Source: a virus. Taken from it: a DNA stretch of 64,000 nt. The translations under genes and the position numbers were made by a program. The DNA lies in the IMG/VR virus record IMGVR_UViG_3300045988_127881; one strand, written 5' to 3'. The notes below the pieces were generated by a model. The model worked only from the letters and a program-made list of their open reading frames with translations. It was not told the origin of the DNA and did not search any database. Position 1 is the stretch's first letter, and the number at the start of each line of letters is the position of its first letter. This document shows, one piece after another, positions 1-9,890 of this stretch.

Positions 1-585
1 CCAAAACTTTGATGTGATAATAGTCTTAGCATCTTGGTCCTTACCTTGCGAGTATACGTAATTGGCCTTTGTTCCAGATGTGCTGCTCTGCACTGTCGGG
101 GGCTTGATTTGCGCCATAGGCGTGTTCCATGCGCCCCACTTGCCGCCTTGATAGTAACGAACCGCAATAGCCAAGTTGCCAACTGTGTTTATTGACGCAA
201 TGCTCGTCTTTGCCGAGTTGAACGTAATGCTGCCTTGTATCGTCTGCATAAATACGCTGTCACCAACGTTCAGATTAGCGAACGTCACGAACAGCGGAAT
301 GCCAAAACACTTCATGCGGTGCAGACCTTGTGCAGTTTCCGCACAAAATGCGTCAAGTTCTTTGTTCAGCGCATCAATAGTCGTCACATTATCATGCGCA
401 ATGAGCCATTCTGCGGTATTGGCCAATGTCTTGCGCTCTGAGGCGTTGACAAGTCCGTTCCTTATTGTTGAATAGGGTATGTATTTATTCTCCCCGTTAT
501 CGTTTATCACGACCATCTCGCTGCCCGTCAGACTCGTGTCCTGCGGCAGCGATTTTAATACGTCTTTGAGTTTTACTGTTGCCAT
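1..585 (-). CDS. structural (tail-fibre-associated?) protein, 3' end cut by window edge
   Basis: Absent from the ORF track because no stop lies in the window. ATG at 585-583, 5 nt after the stop of the fibre gene. Frame is open to base 1 (MATVKLKDVLKSLPQDTSLTGSEMVVINDNGE...). Confidence 0.5.
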   Translation of the reverse strand, partial: MATVKLKDVLKSLPQDTSLTGSEMVVINDNGENKYIPYSTIRNGLVNASERKTLANTAEWLIAHDNVTTIDALNKELDAFCAETAQGLHRMKCFGIPLFVTFANLNVGDSVFMQTIQGSITFNSAKTSIASINTVGNLAIAVRYYQGGKWGAWNTPMAQIKPPTVQSSTSGTKANYVYSQGKDQDAKTIITSKFW

Positions 586-589
586 ATTG

Positions 590-3253
590 TTAAGGTTTTA
601 TTGTTCCATTATCAGAAGGGCCAGGTGTCAGTGGTACTTTATTCCAATTCATGTGTAATATATTCGTGTTGTACTTAACGTTCCATAAATCATTTGGATT
701 TATGCTTCCGTCAACAATAGTGCTGCTCGCAGTTCCACTATCTGAATCTGCAAGCCAATAAAATTTACCTTTGGTATCTATTGACCCCGTCAGTACTACT
801 GCACCTCCTTTACTCAGTTTGTAAAATGATTTTGCTACATTTTGCCCGTCTACCTTGATAATTGCATCAATACAGCTTAACTGTATTGTGGTAACGCTAC
901 TTTCTTGTTTCAATTTGTTTACAACGTAGAACTTGTAGCCAAGGAAAGCCAAACTCTTCGCATAGTCTTCTGCTGAATTACTATAAGGCGGAAGATGAAT
1001 GTAGATTGTTCCTTGTACGTCTTTCGGACCTTCTGAAATTAAGAGTATCGGATTGATATTGAAAAAATCAGGTTCCAAATGATTCTTTAGTTCTTGACCA
1101 TTTTTATCTTTTTGAACGGTAAAATATTTATTCCATTCGGCTTCAGTAACTTGTGTTACCCCCTTAAGATATGAACCTACAAGCAATCCGTTCACTTGTC
1201 CGTTCTCACAGAAGATGTTCCCACGAAACGAATATTTCTCGTTTTTCGGGTCAATTATCACACGGCAGATGTTCTTGGAGATGCCATACAGCCCAACAAC
1301 ATTCGTGTCCTTGCCGCCAATGTCAAAGCCCTCACCGCTCATGGCAATACCTGTAAACTTGCCCTCCGCGTCTTTCGTGCCAAATGCGGCATTCTTCGCG
1401 GCCACATAATCCGCACCAAGTTCGGTGGTCTGTCCGTCCCACTGACGCACCCATGATGGCATATTTATCTTGTCTACCGCAATACCAACAATGTCGTTAT
1501 CGCTCCTCGTCCATGCACTTGCAGCCTTGCCGACTTCAAGCTTCGGCTCTGTAACGTAAACACACGGAATAATCGGATGGATTTGCTGAGTAAACTTCTT
1601 CATGACTCGGAACAAACAAAGGCAAGTTTCAGGCAAATTGTCAGAAGTCTTGAACGTCACTGTGTGACGAGTCCACGAATATGTTGGCTGGAATTTAACA
1701 CCACCATCTTTTGGTGTGTCTTGTTCCTTTCCGTCCACAATCATTTTTTCTGTGGTATCAACCATTGTAAGGCCATTTTTGTCCCATGTCCACAGATAGG
1801 TATAGACAGGTCGCTCCACGATTGTACCAAGTAAATAAAAAGATAGCGTGTACCACGTAGATGGTGATATTTGATTTTTGACATTCTGCTGGAAAAAGTC
1901 AACATCAATTTCTTTAATCAGTGATTCTACATTCACTTTTTGCTCAGTTTCTACCTTTATCGCCCCATGTCCGTCCAACCCCTCGTCCCTTGTGCCTTCC
2001 AAAGCAAAGGTCTTGTCTGGATTTGGCACATTATCAAACGTTTCTTGCTTAAACTCGGTATAGTCAAGCAAGTTGGGACGCATATCCTGCCCGTCCGCAC
2101 CATCTTTTCCAGGCTCACCATCTTTCCCAGGCGTGCCATCTTTGGCCATATAGCTCACGCTGTAAGAGTACGTGCCATCGGGCCATTTCGTGCGCGTCCA
2201 CAGATATTTGCCCACTTCCGATGGCGGCACGCTGTTTAACCATGTCCCCGTTGGCGCATTAACTCCGCTGCTGCCTATCTGATAGGTCACATTGCTCTTA
2301 CTGTTCGCGCCCCACTTTATAACCACATCACTGCCAATCGTCACAACACCAGTTGCAGGGTTGTACGTTATAGCTCCTCGCCCAAGGTCAAAATAGCCAT
2401 CATGGTCAAAGATATAGTTGTCTTTTCCAGTCTCATCATCAAAAGACACTATCGTACCTTTTCGCATATAGAGTCCAAATGCTTCACTATTAGGTATGCG
2501 GCCCAAACTGCAAACTATCTTGCCAGAAAACGACTTGGAGTTTACGCCATTGAGCAAGTCAATGGTCGGCACACCGTTTTCGGTGGCATGGAGGTATATC
2601 GCATTCTGTCGGCTCGGTTCGGTGGTGTTGCCATACTGCACAATCTCGTCACCAGCCGCAGGCAAGTTCATCGGCACGTCATTGTTCAATACCTTCTCCG
2701 TATCGTCATTCTGATAAAATTCTCCCACAAACTCGCTTGCCATGACGGTGAACCAACCCTCCTTCATGTTTGCGCTCTCAATCTTCACCCAGTAGCCCTT
2801 TATGCCTTTGGTCACGCCATCAGAACCTACCTCCACACGCTGGCAGCGTATAAGGTCATTCTTCACAAAGCCGCCATATCCGTGAGTGGCTTCGCCTTCA
2901 AGCTTAATGAGGTAATATTGGTTTCCGTGTTCATCGGTGCGCAGACTCACTTCCTTCACCTTGCCGCACGCCTGGCTGATACCGAGCGAACCGCATATCG
3001 CACGCACTTGGTCTATTATCTGCTCATGCGCAATAAAGGCTTTTCGCACCTTTACATTGTCTATTTCCAGCGTATATTCGGGGCTTTCTTCCGAGCCGCT
3101 GTTGAATATCTTCCACCCATGACCCATGAAGTCCGAAGCAAAGTATTCTTGCATCTCGCACACCACCTTGCCGAAAGCGTTAAGCACCTTGTTTCCTGTG
3201 CTTCTTGCGCTCCCTACAAATCCGTTGAACCATGTGCTAAGTAATCTTGCCAT
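590..3253 (-). CDS. tail fibre / receptor-binding protein with collagen-like segment
   Basis: 887-aa ORF with a G-X-Y run (GTPGKDGEPGKDGADGQD) in mid-protein. It is the last large gene of the Dit-Tal-fibre series. Confidence 0.6.
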   Translation of the reverse strand: MARLLSTWFNGFVGSARSTGNKVLNAFGKVVCEMQEYFASDFMGHGWKIFNSGSEESPEYTLEIDNVKVRKAFIAHEQIIDQVRAICGSLGISQACGKVKEVSLRTDEHGNQYYLIKLEGEATHGYGGFVKNDLIRCQRVEVGSDGVTKGIKGYWVKIESANMKEGWFTVMASEFVGEFYQNDDTEKVLNNDVPMNLPAAGDEIVQYGNTTEPSRQNAIYLHATENGVPTIDLLNGVNSKSFSGKIVCSLGRIPNSEAFGLYMRKGTIVSFDDETGKDNYIFDHDGYFDLGRGAITYNPATGVVTIGSDVVIKWGANSKSNVTYQIGSSGVNAPTGTWLNSVPPSEVGKYLWTRTKWPDGTYSYSVSYMAKDGTPGKDGEPGKDGADGQDMRPNLLDYTEFKQETFDNVPNPDKTFALEGTRDEGLDGHGAIKVETEQKVNVESLIKEIDVDFFQQNVKNQISPSTWYTLSFYLLGTIVERPVYTYLWTWDKNGLTMVDTTEKMIVDGKEQDTPKDGGVKFQPTYSWTRHTVTFKTSDNLPETCLCLFRVMKKFTQQIHPIIPCVYVTEPKLEVGKAASAWTRSDNDIVGIAVDKINMPSWVRQWDGQTTELGADYVAAKNAAFGTKDAEGKFTGIAMSGEGFDIGGKDTNVVGLYGISKNICRVIIDPKNEKYSFRGNIFCENGQVNGLLVGSYLKGVTQVTEAEWNKYFTVQKDKNGQELKNHLEPDFFNINPILLISEGPKDVQGTIYIHLPPYSNSAEDYAKSLAFLGYKFYVVNKLKQESSVTTIQLSCIDAIIKVDGQNVAKSFYKLSKGGAVVLTGSIDTKGKFYWLADSDSGTASSTIVDGSINPNDLWNVKYNTNILHMNWNKVPLTPGPSDNGTIKP

Positions 3254-3258
3254 ATCTT

Positions 3259-5595
3259 TTATGTTAATTCTTCGTATTCTGTTATGCCGTCGGCAGCACC
3301 AACATTGGTCGAAAATGCGTCTATTCCTTTGTTGAATGTTATCTTTCCGCTCGCTTCATCATCGCCCACCTTTGACAGGAAGTTCAGATAGCCATATCGC
3401 GAAATTTGGTTCAACAGAATAGTGCTTGAAGTCCCTTCGCCTGTCGACGCGTCCATCATTGTTGGCAACTGCCCGACACTTCTGTTGACGCTTACAGCCT
3501 TCTTGTCATCTTGCAATGATATTTCTACCAGGGGTATCAGACTGTCTTCTGACTCTGTTATCTTCAAATTGCTTATAAATATACTCGACGCGATACCTAA
3601 ATCCGAAGCTTCGTCAATCTCCATTCTGTCGCCCTCTTTTATGTTTGTGTAGATACTTTTCGCGCCTAAACTTACATTCGCATCATGCTGCCTGGCTATC
3701 CACAAATTATCTACCACTGGTGTATACGAGAATTTTGTCTTGTCGTTCTCCTTTAGGTAGAGCAACGCGTATTTGAGCAAGCGTTGCGAAGCTGCCTTAT
3801 AGTACACGTCGGGCATCTTGATATTCAGTATCACAAACTCGTCGCCACCTGCTATCGGACTTTGAGAGTTCGGATATAGAATATTCAAATCGTTGTCCGA
3901 TTTCCTTATTATCGTCAGCTTGTACTTGTTGCCATCTCGTATGCAGTTTTTTATGTCAAATGTACGGCCAACACACTTCCCACTTTTCAAATAGATGTTT
4001 GGCGTTTCCGAACCCGTGCGGTAGTCCCAAATATTAAAGCCTAAGTCCTTTATCCACACAAAGGTTTCTGAAGCTTGCCCTGTATTATAGTCGCTGTCGC
4101 CGTTGTCCTCTATTTTTGACGCGTTGGCAACTTGGTTTAACTTGCCGTTGTCGCCATCGTCCAATACAGGATATATGCCAGCCTTGTTCAAATCTTCTAC
4201 CGTCATATCCTCTATTGACGGATAAACGTTGTAGTCGGTCACTTCGTTGTCAGTGCCATCAATGTACACACTGCCCTCTCTAAGACCAGCTATCTTCTTT
4301 TGAGGGCTTTCTATGTACACGTCATTGCTCGTCACTATAAGTTTGTAGCCCTCATAAGCCTTGTCCACATAACCGCAGTCTGTCTCTCCAACACCATTCG
4401 GAAACCCTGGGAGCATAAGCCTCGTGATTGCCATGTTATTTGGATAATTGGCCGATGTTATTTCGCCCTTGTGGTTTTTTACTATATAGTTGTAGTTCAA
4501 GGTTGAAGTACCTCCGAATGACAAGGTGACTCTCCCTCCCGACTTGTATTTTAGCATGTAGTCATAGAAACTCTTGTCTCTTACAGCATAACTATAAGTT
4601 TTCTTTCCATCGTTCTCTGATGCGAATACGGTGGCATATACCACTTTGTTTCCATCGTAGGTTATCGAAAGTATAGGGTTCGCATATCTGTCAAACTGCA
4701 TCATATCCTCATTTCGAGGAGCATGCTTAACATTACAACTATATGACAATCCGTCTTGTGCCCATTTGTCGTGTAATGTTATCTTTATTACATTATTATA
4801 CTCAAAAAATAATAGCTCAATATCCGTCGGAACTACATACTCTCGCATTATTTTCATGCACAGGTATTTGTAGTAGTTTGTTGGCACATTGGTAGTGTTA
4901 CCAAAAGCACGCAAACGGGTTATTACTTTCTGATTGGTGTCGGAAGTGCGAGTTATCGACAACAACCCACGGCCTATGCCACAACTGAACACATGGTCTA
5001 TATTATTTGACGTAGTGCCTATCGTGACTGTCCTGCCGCGGATAATGAAATTTGTCTTGAAAGTGGTGTTTACAAGCAACAGCGCGTCCCAAACGGACTG
5101 ATTGCTGATACTTATTTGTATGTCCTTGCGAGAATCTTCATAGGTCTTGTCTATCTGGATAGTCCACACATTCTCACCATAAACCCTGTCAAGGTTGGCT
5201 TGTATTCTCTCTGCAAGGTTCTTTACCCCCTCGCAGTAAAACGAAAAGGTGGGGAGCGCGGTCCAGTGTATGTTGTTGTCCTTCTTCACCACGTCAAGGA
5301 AGTCGCATCTCACAAGCTCGTCTGACACGGACATGAACTGCACGTTTTCATACGCAAAGGCATTCTTTGAACCGTTCCTCGAGCATTGCTTCTTCGACGA
5401 TGGCAACACGTTGAGATAAAAACGTTCAAGTCGGTAATCTATATAATCACCGATTTCAAAATTTATAGGCGCATGGCTCTCAAACGTGATAGTCAAGGAG
5501 CAGCTGCCCATGTATTCGCCGTTGTATTCAACTCTCTTGGTAGTCGCCTTTACCGTCTTGCCGTCAGAGCTGTATACCTTCCACTCTCTTGTCAT
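3259..5595 (-). CDS. Tal-like baseplate hub / tail-associated protein
   Basis: 778-aa ORF whose start overlaps the stop of the upstream gene by 4 nt. Size and position after the Dit-like gene fit a Tal. No catalytic motif recognised. Confidence 0.5.
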   Translation of the reverse strand: MTREWKVYSSDGKTVKATTKRVEYNGEYMGSCSLTITFESHAPINFEIGDYIDYRLERFYLNVLPSSKKQCSRNGSKNAFAYENVQFMSVSDELVRCDFLDVVKKDNNIHWTALPTFSFYCEGVKNLAERIQANLDRVYGENVWTIQIDKTYEDSRKDIQISISNQSVWDALLLVNTTFKTNFIIRGRTVTIGTTSNNIDHVFSCGIGRGLLSITRTSDTNQKVITRLRAFGNTTNVPTNYYKYLCMKIMREYVVPTDIELLFFEYNNVIKITLHDKWAQDGLSYSCNVKHAPRNEDMMQFDRYANPILSITYDGNKVVYATVFASENDGKKTYSYAVRDKSFYDYMLKYKSGGRVTLSFGGTSTLNYNYIVKNHKGEITSANYPNNMAITRLMLPGFPNGVGETDCGYVDKAYEGYKLIVTSNDVYIESPQKKIAGLREGSVYIDGTDNEVTDYNVYPSIEDMTVEDLNKAGIYPVLDDGDNGKLNQVANASKIEDNGDSDYNTGQASETFVWIKDLGFNIWDYRTGSETPNIYLKSGKCVGRTFDIKNCIRDGNKYKLTIIRKSDNDLNILYPNSQSPIAGGDEFVILNIKMPDVYYKAASQRLLKYALLYLKENDKTKFSYTPVVDNLWIARQHDANVSLGAKSIYTNIKEGDRMEIDEASDLGIASSIFISNLKITESEDSLIPLVEISLQDDKKAVSVNRSVGQLPTMMDASTGEGTSSTILLNQISRYGYLNFLSKVGDDEASGKITFNKGIDAFSTNVGAADGITEYEELT

Positions 5596-6113
5596 ATCTT
5601 GTCTGTGATTATATTGTTGCCCTTGTCGTCTGTTATCAGATTGCCGTTCTCGTCTACAATATAGGTGTAGAAGTCCTCGTACATTCTCTCATACTTGGTC
5701 AAGTGGAACTTCAACGTGTATTCTACAATATCTCCAGCCACAGGGTCTGAAAACGTGTCTATATCTGAAATGCCCATGAAATAGCAAGCACCCCAACCTT
5801 CTTCCGCATAAGAGCAATAGACTGCAAGAAAGCCGCTGCGCAGATAATTCAAAAGTTGTATCTCCGTGTTTGTCCATGAGCCTTCCGTGCCTTTGTAGCA
5901 CAATTTGACCTCAAAATCCGCGCCTCCGAAATGCAAACCGTCGGTGGGTATGTATACGTCCTCTCCTTCGGTGTCTTTCCACTCGTTTTTAGGCAGCTCT
6001 TTCGTCTCCCACGATGGCATAGTCACCTCCAAAACGCCAGAACTGAAGTTCTTGGCGAGGCTCTTCCGTATTTTCTTGGTGTTTACCACCAACAGGTCGT
6101 ATTTCGCAGTCAT
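5592..6113 (-). CDS. distal tail protein (Dit)-like
   Basis: 173-aa ORF, first gene of the distal-tail series, translationally coupled to the Tal-like gene. The call is positional. Confidence 0.4.
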   Translation of the reverse strand: MTAKYDLLVVNTKKIRKSLAKNFSSGVLEVTMPSWETKELPKNEWKDTEGEDVYIPTDGLHFGGADFEVKLCYKGTEGSWTNTEIQLLNYLRSGFLAVYCSYAEEGWGACYFMGISDIDTFSDPVAGDIVEYTLKFHLTKYERMYEDFYTYIVDENGNLITDDKGNNIITDKI

Positions 6114-6189
6114 ATCATTCTCTTTTTACGCAAAATGCCCGATTTGGTGGCACTTCTGTTTCACCAAAACGGACATCTTAACCACTTTG

Positions 6190-6197
6190 CAAATATA
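6190..6197 (-). promoter_or_regulatory. candidate Bacteroides-type -7 box (TATATTTG on minus strand)
   Basis: Plus-strand CAAATATA is TAnnTTTG on the minus strand, 77 nt upstream of the Dit-like ATG. No good -33 TTTG found. Confidence 0.3.
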
Positions 6198-6233
6198 CAA
6201 ATTACATTGAATATATGCAATCAGACGGAATAA

Positions 6234-6677
6234 TTATACATTCTCAGAAATCTCCTCGTTGACTTCTTCTTTCGTCTTTACTTCGTCAATTATTTTCTTG
6301 TTCTCTTCGTCAGTGACTTCCTCTGACTCTCTTGTTTTCATGTAGTGGTCCACAATCTTCAAGATGTCTTCTGTAACGTCTGCATCAACAATGTTTGAAG
6401 CACAATAAACCGATGTCACAAAGGCTACTGCGGCATTTAAGTCATCTTCGGTACGTCCCTCACCGAACACGCATGAGTACAACAGGGTGTGTCCCATCGT
6501 GCCAGGAGCATAGCCTATATACCACTGCTTCGACACGGCATATACGGTGATGACACCCGTCTCTTCGTCAAGCATGTACAGGAAATTGTCAATCTGCACG
6601 TTCTTAACCTCTTTCTTCTCGGCATTTGCTGCCTCATTCTTCTCGGCATTTACTGCCTCGTTCTTTTCTTCTGTCAT
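6234..6677 (-). CDS. hypothetical acidic protein with N-terminal tandem repeat
   Basis: 147-aa ORF with a NEA(V/A)NAEK repeat at the N-terminus and a Glu-rich C-terminus. Lies downstream of the helicase gene. Confidence 0.55.
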   Translation of the reverse strand: MTEEKNEAVNAEKNEAANAEKKEVKNVQIDNFLYMLDEETGVITVYAVSKQWYIGYAPGTMGHTLLYSCVFGEGRTEDDLNAAVAFVTSVYCASNIVDADVTEDILKIVDHYMKTRESEEVTDEENKKIIDEVKTKEEVNEEISENV

Positions 6678-6704
6678 TTCTTCTTTATTTTATAGTTAAA
6701 CAAA

Positions 6705-8186
6705 TCATACACCATCGCCTGCGACATCTTCAAATTCTGCGTCATCTTGCAGCTTCCATGCCTCCAGTGACAGCTCATTGGCTGTATAGGCTTCCACCTC
6801 TTCGCTGAAGCCGTACACCTTGTATTCTATCCCTGTCGCTGACCTCCTTCTGTTCTGGCCGCCAAAGCCCAGCCTTGTCATGGCCCTGCCAAAGGCAACT
6901 TGCGTCACGTCCTCAAAACTATTCTCATTGCAGAATATTTCAAGGCTCTTTCTCATTGCGGCAGAGGCAACCCATCTCGGACGCTCGCCCTCAGCTCTCG
7001 GTGATGATGAAAGATGAAGGTGCATGACCCAGGCCAAAAGTGGGTTGCTCATACCGATGGACATCAATTTCTGACGCTCGCCGTTCTCACTCCTCGGGAA
7101 CTTGTAGCCATGAAGCTTCAAATATCTGCCACCCCTCACTATCCAGTTCAGTATGCCAGGGTATTCTTCTTTCAGTTCCTCACCAAGGCTCTTGTTCTGC
7201 AAATGCTCTGGTATCGTCTCATTGAATATCAAATACAGGAAACGTCTGAAAAAGCCATAGCTCTTGTCACTCGTCACTGGCAGATTGTTGAAGTTGAATA
7301 TCTGCCATGGCACATTGGTTATTGTGAACACATTGCCCCTCAAAAATCTCGCGTGCTGCTCCTCGCCACTAATATAGCTCTTGAAAGCAGCCTCCTTGCC
7401 AAACAGTTCCCTCTCACTTACCTCACCACTGTAATTTATATATTTGCCCACAAGCTGGCACCTGGCACGCATGCCCTCATCACCATCTTTCAATATCGCA
7501 CCAATACCCATGGTACTGATATTTTCCGCACCATAAACACCACGCACTACATCGTTTATCACGCTCTTGCCATTAGAACCATTGCCATACAAGGCCAAAC
7601 AGTTCTCCACCTTAGCACCCATCTCACGCCTGTTCATGGTCGTCAAGCCCAAAAACATCTGCAACAACAACCTGCTGTTCTTCTCTGGCAACACCTGCTT
7701 CAAAAAACTCTTCCACAACGGACAATCTGCCTTTGGGTCAAAATCGTAGTCGTGCAAATAAACCACGTCCCACTGCTTGCCAAAAGGACGTATGTCACCC
7801 GTCGTCATGTCTACAACACCATTGCGGAAAGCACGTATGTTGAACCTCGGGTGCAACTCTCGCTCCATCTTTACAGCCAAACGTACCTGCTCACGCAACA
7901 TGCCCATCTTCGAGCGGACACCTGCATGGACACTCATGCGCTCTGTCAACTTCACCAAACTCCAATACAACAAGTCTGAATCCACTGGCTCGTATATCTT
8001 GCCGTTAAAACAATAATAACGACCACCAAACCACGCAAACATACTGTGAGCATACGTCTGGTATATCTCAAAACCTAACATGGCAGCACGAGCGGCGTAA
8101 TTCTCACTCGCAGAACATGCTAACTCCCACCTCGGAGCATCACTGTTCTCTACCAAGTCTATCAACAACATTTCTCTATCTATCAT
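6705..8186 (-). CDS. SF3 helicase, P4-alpha / D5 primase-helicase C-terminal family
   Basis: Walker A GNGSNGKS preceded by a D5_N-like segment (NGVVDMTTGDIRPF...DPKADCPLWKSFLKQV). No separate primase domain seen. Confidence 0.8.
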   Translation of the reverse strand: MIDREMLLIDLVENSDAPRWELACSASENYAARAAMLGFEIYQTYAHSMFAWFGGRYYCFNGKIYEPVDSDLLYWSLVKLTERMSVHAGVRSKMGMLREQVRLAVKMERELHPRFNIRAFRNGVVDMTTGDIRPFGKQWDVVYLHDYDFDPKADCPLWKSFLKQVLPEKNSRLLLQMFLGLTTMNRREMGAKVENCLALYGNGSNGKSVINDVVRGVYGAENISTMGIGAILKDGDEGMRARCQLVGKYINYSGEVSERELFGKEAAFKSYISGEEQHARFLRGNVFTITNVPWQIFNFNNLPVTSDKSYGFFRRFLYLIFNETIPEHLQNKSLGEELKEEYPGILNWIVRGGRYLKLHGYKFPRSENGERQKLMSIGMSNPLLAWVMHLHLSSSPRAEGERPRWVASAAMRKSLEIFCNENSFEDVTQVAFGRAMTRLGFGGQNRRRSATGIEYKVYGFSEEVEAYTANELSLEAWKLQDDAEFEDVAGDGV

Positions 8187-8453
8187 ACGTTAAATCCTTT
8201 AACATATCAACTTTTCTGCCAAAACAGCTGACAAATACCGATTTTTCGAGCTTTTTCTGCCTCCAAAAAACACCATTTTTCAACCATCTCGCAATTATTC
8301 AAAATGGAACACTTCTGCCAACATTGTTCGGAATTTCGGAACACTTTGACACTCAAATTATTCCCATTTCCGCACTGAATGTTTAATAGTACCCACCCCG
8401 TTAATACCTCGCACTTTCCTTGCAAGCCAAAATATAACTCATGGATAACTATG

Positions 8454-8485
8454 CAAATATACATATTTTATTCAAAACGCCCAAA
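8454..8485 (-). promoter_or_regulatory. candidate leftward promoter (TTTG-N20-TATATTTG on minus strand)
   Basis: Reverse complement of 8482-8485 is TTTG. Twenty nt further, the reverse complement of 8454-8461 is TATATTTG. About 260 nt upstream of the helicase ATG. Confidence 0.45.
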
Positions 8486-8785
8486 TATCAATGATTTAGA
8501 GTTTTTGACATATACACTAAAACATACACTAATATGCTCCTCAACTTACATTTCGTTGTTTTTTACTATGAGTGTACCTTTTTATAAAATGAACGATTTA
8601 CCCGAAAATCAAGAAAACACAAAACACAAGAAAAAATAGAAATATATAAGGTACGAAAAATTAAAAAAAATAGACGGGAGGTGACCATTCTTTCGATATT
8701 TCCGCACAAAAGGGGGTTGTACGGGGTATTTTGCTATGTTTTATCCCGTTTTGAATTGTCGTAACACCTTGGAAGTCAGATATTT

Positions 8786-8809
8786 GCTATATTATACGCA
8801 TAATATAGC
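8786..8809. promoter_or_regulatory. perfect 10-bp-arm palindrome (operator-like)
   Basis: GCTATATTAT-acgc-ATAATATAGC, immediately followed by GCGCaaaGCGC, in the divergent intergenic region. Confidence 0.4.
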
Positions 8810-8940
8810 GCAAAGCGCACTTTGTCGCTTGTGGAGGGCCGCAAATGTCAGTGACAGACAAACACAAAGCACACCAACAAACAACACGACACGCCCAAAA
8901 CACGGCTAAAATACACGTGTCTTTGTGCTTGTGCTTTCCT

Positions 8941-9000
8941 CTCTTTGTCTGTCTGTCTCTTTGTCTCTTTGTCTCTTTGTCTCTTTGTCTGTCTGTTTTT
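8941..9000. repeat. 8-bp tandem repeat (CTTTGTCT)n flanked by GTCTGTCT units
   Basis: ctctttgtctgtctgtct(ctttgtct)x4 gtctgtctgttttt. It creates the spurious low-complexity ORFs 8787..9062 and 8845..9072. Confidence 0.85.
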
Positions 9001-9106
9001 CCTTTCGTACCCGTCCCGTTTTGCCTGAATGCACGTGTTAACAACCAGTTAAATTCATACATAGAACGTTAAATGCAAGGATGTAGGGAAATTAGTTGCT
9101 TGTTTA

Positions 9107-9138
9107 TTTGGTTGTATATTTATTTAGTTGTATCTTTG
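9107..9138 (+). promoter_or_regulatory. Bacteroides-type promoter TTTG-N20-TATCTTTG
   Basis: TTTG at 9107-9110 and TAnnTTTG (TATCTTTG) at 9131-9138, at consensus spacing. Confidence 0.6.
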
Positions 9139-9143
9139 TAATA

Positions 9144-9298
9144 CAAAATAAGGGTTGAGGCGTCAACCGCTGCAAAGTATTGCAGTCTTGGGAGTAAAAA
9201 AGTGCCTTTGGTGGTTGCCGCCACCAAAGGCACGGAAAACTACCGAATCGGCAGCGTATTAGCATACGCGTGCAAAGGTAGTATTTATTTCCGAATCT
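9144..9298 (+). ncRNA. structured 5' leader or small RNA (three consecutive hairpins)
   Basis: Three hairpins: GGTTGA-ggcg-TCAACC (9153-9168), CTGCAA-agta-TTGCAG (9170-9185), and a 13-bp perfect stem GTGCCTTTGGTGG-ttgccg-CCACCAAAGGCAC (9202-9233). No ORF. Directly downstream of the promoter. Confidence 0.4.
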
Positions 9299-9331
9299 TT
9301 GATATTATTAATAACTAAATACTACAAGATC

Positions 9332-9850
9332 ATGGATAATGTAAAGACTTTAGGCGCTCTCAAGAGAGGTGCAATAACCGAGTTAAACGAATTTTTTGCA
9401 AAACCTACAGAAGTATTTAAGGCGCTCCGAGAGATAGCAAAAGATAAAGAGTCTAATTTGTACGCGATTCTTTGCGAGTTAGGCGTAAAACCCTCTAAAA
9501 TCGGTTTTAATTCGTTTGGTAGGTTTTGCGTCTCATTCGGCGGAAACGCTGAGATAGTTTGCGAAGCAATAAAACGCACGAATGGTATAACATACAAAAG
9601 CTATACTATATGTGACAGACAACCAAAAAAGTATATTGATTTACTCGTGCAATTACTCAAAGAAAAGAGAAAGCGAGAAAGCTATGCTACAAGGTGGCAA
9701 AAACACTTTGAGGCACGCGCCGCAAAGGAAGACAAAGCGAACGAAAAGCGTGTAAAAGCACTTGAAAAAATGGTGTCTGAACTCGTAAAATGCGGTTTGC
9801 CCGCTGAAATTGCAAGGGCGAACGCTGTAAACATTTTGAAAATCGCCTGA
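9332..9850 (+). CDS. hypothetical protein
   Basis: In-frame ATG at 9332 within track ORF 9299..9850 (MDNVKTLGALKRG...). Followed by a strong terminator. Confidence 0.65.
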   Translation: MDNVKTLGALKRGAITELNEFFAKPTEVFKALREIAKDKESNLYAILCELGVKPSKIGFNSFGRFCVSFGGNAEIVCEAIKRTNGITYKSYTICDRQPKKYIDLLVQLLKEKRKRESYATRWQKHFEARAAKEDKANEKRVKALEKMVSELVKCGLPAEIARANAVNILKIA

Positions 9851-9855
9851 ACTTG

Positions 9856-9887
9856 TAGACCTCCCAAAAATGGGAGGTCTATTTTTT
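9856..9887 (+). terminator. intrinsic terminator
   Basis: TAGACCTCCCA-aaaa-TGGGAGGTCTA followed by TTTTTT. Confidence 0.8.
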
Positions 9888-9890
9888 GCC

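Noticed and set aside
8941-9000. CRISPR array (also considered for 62839-62901 and for the cassette hairpins)
   Set aside because: The repeats are 8-11 bp and directly abutting, with no spacers. The cassette hairpins all differ in sequence and are separated by genes. No cas genes are present.
8787-9072. ORFs 8787..9062(-) and 8845..9072(+)
   Set aside because: Both are produced by the 8-bp tandem repeat and give low-complexity translations (RQRDKETKRQRDRQTKR / LCLCFPLFVCLSLCLFVSLSL). The region is better read as regulatory.
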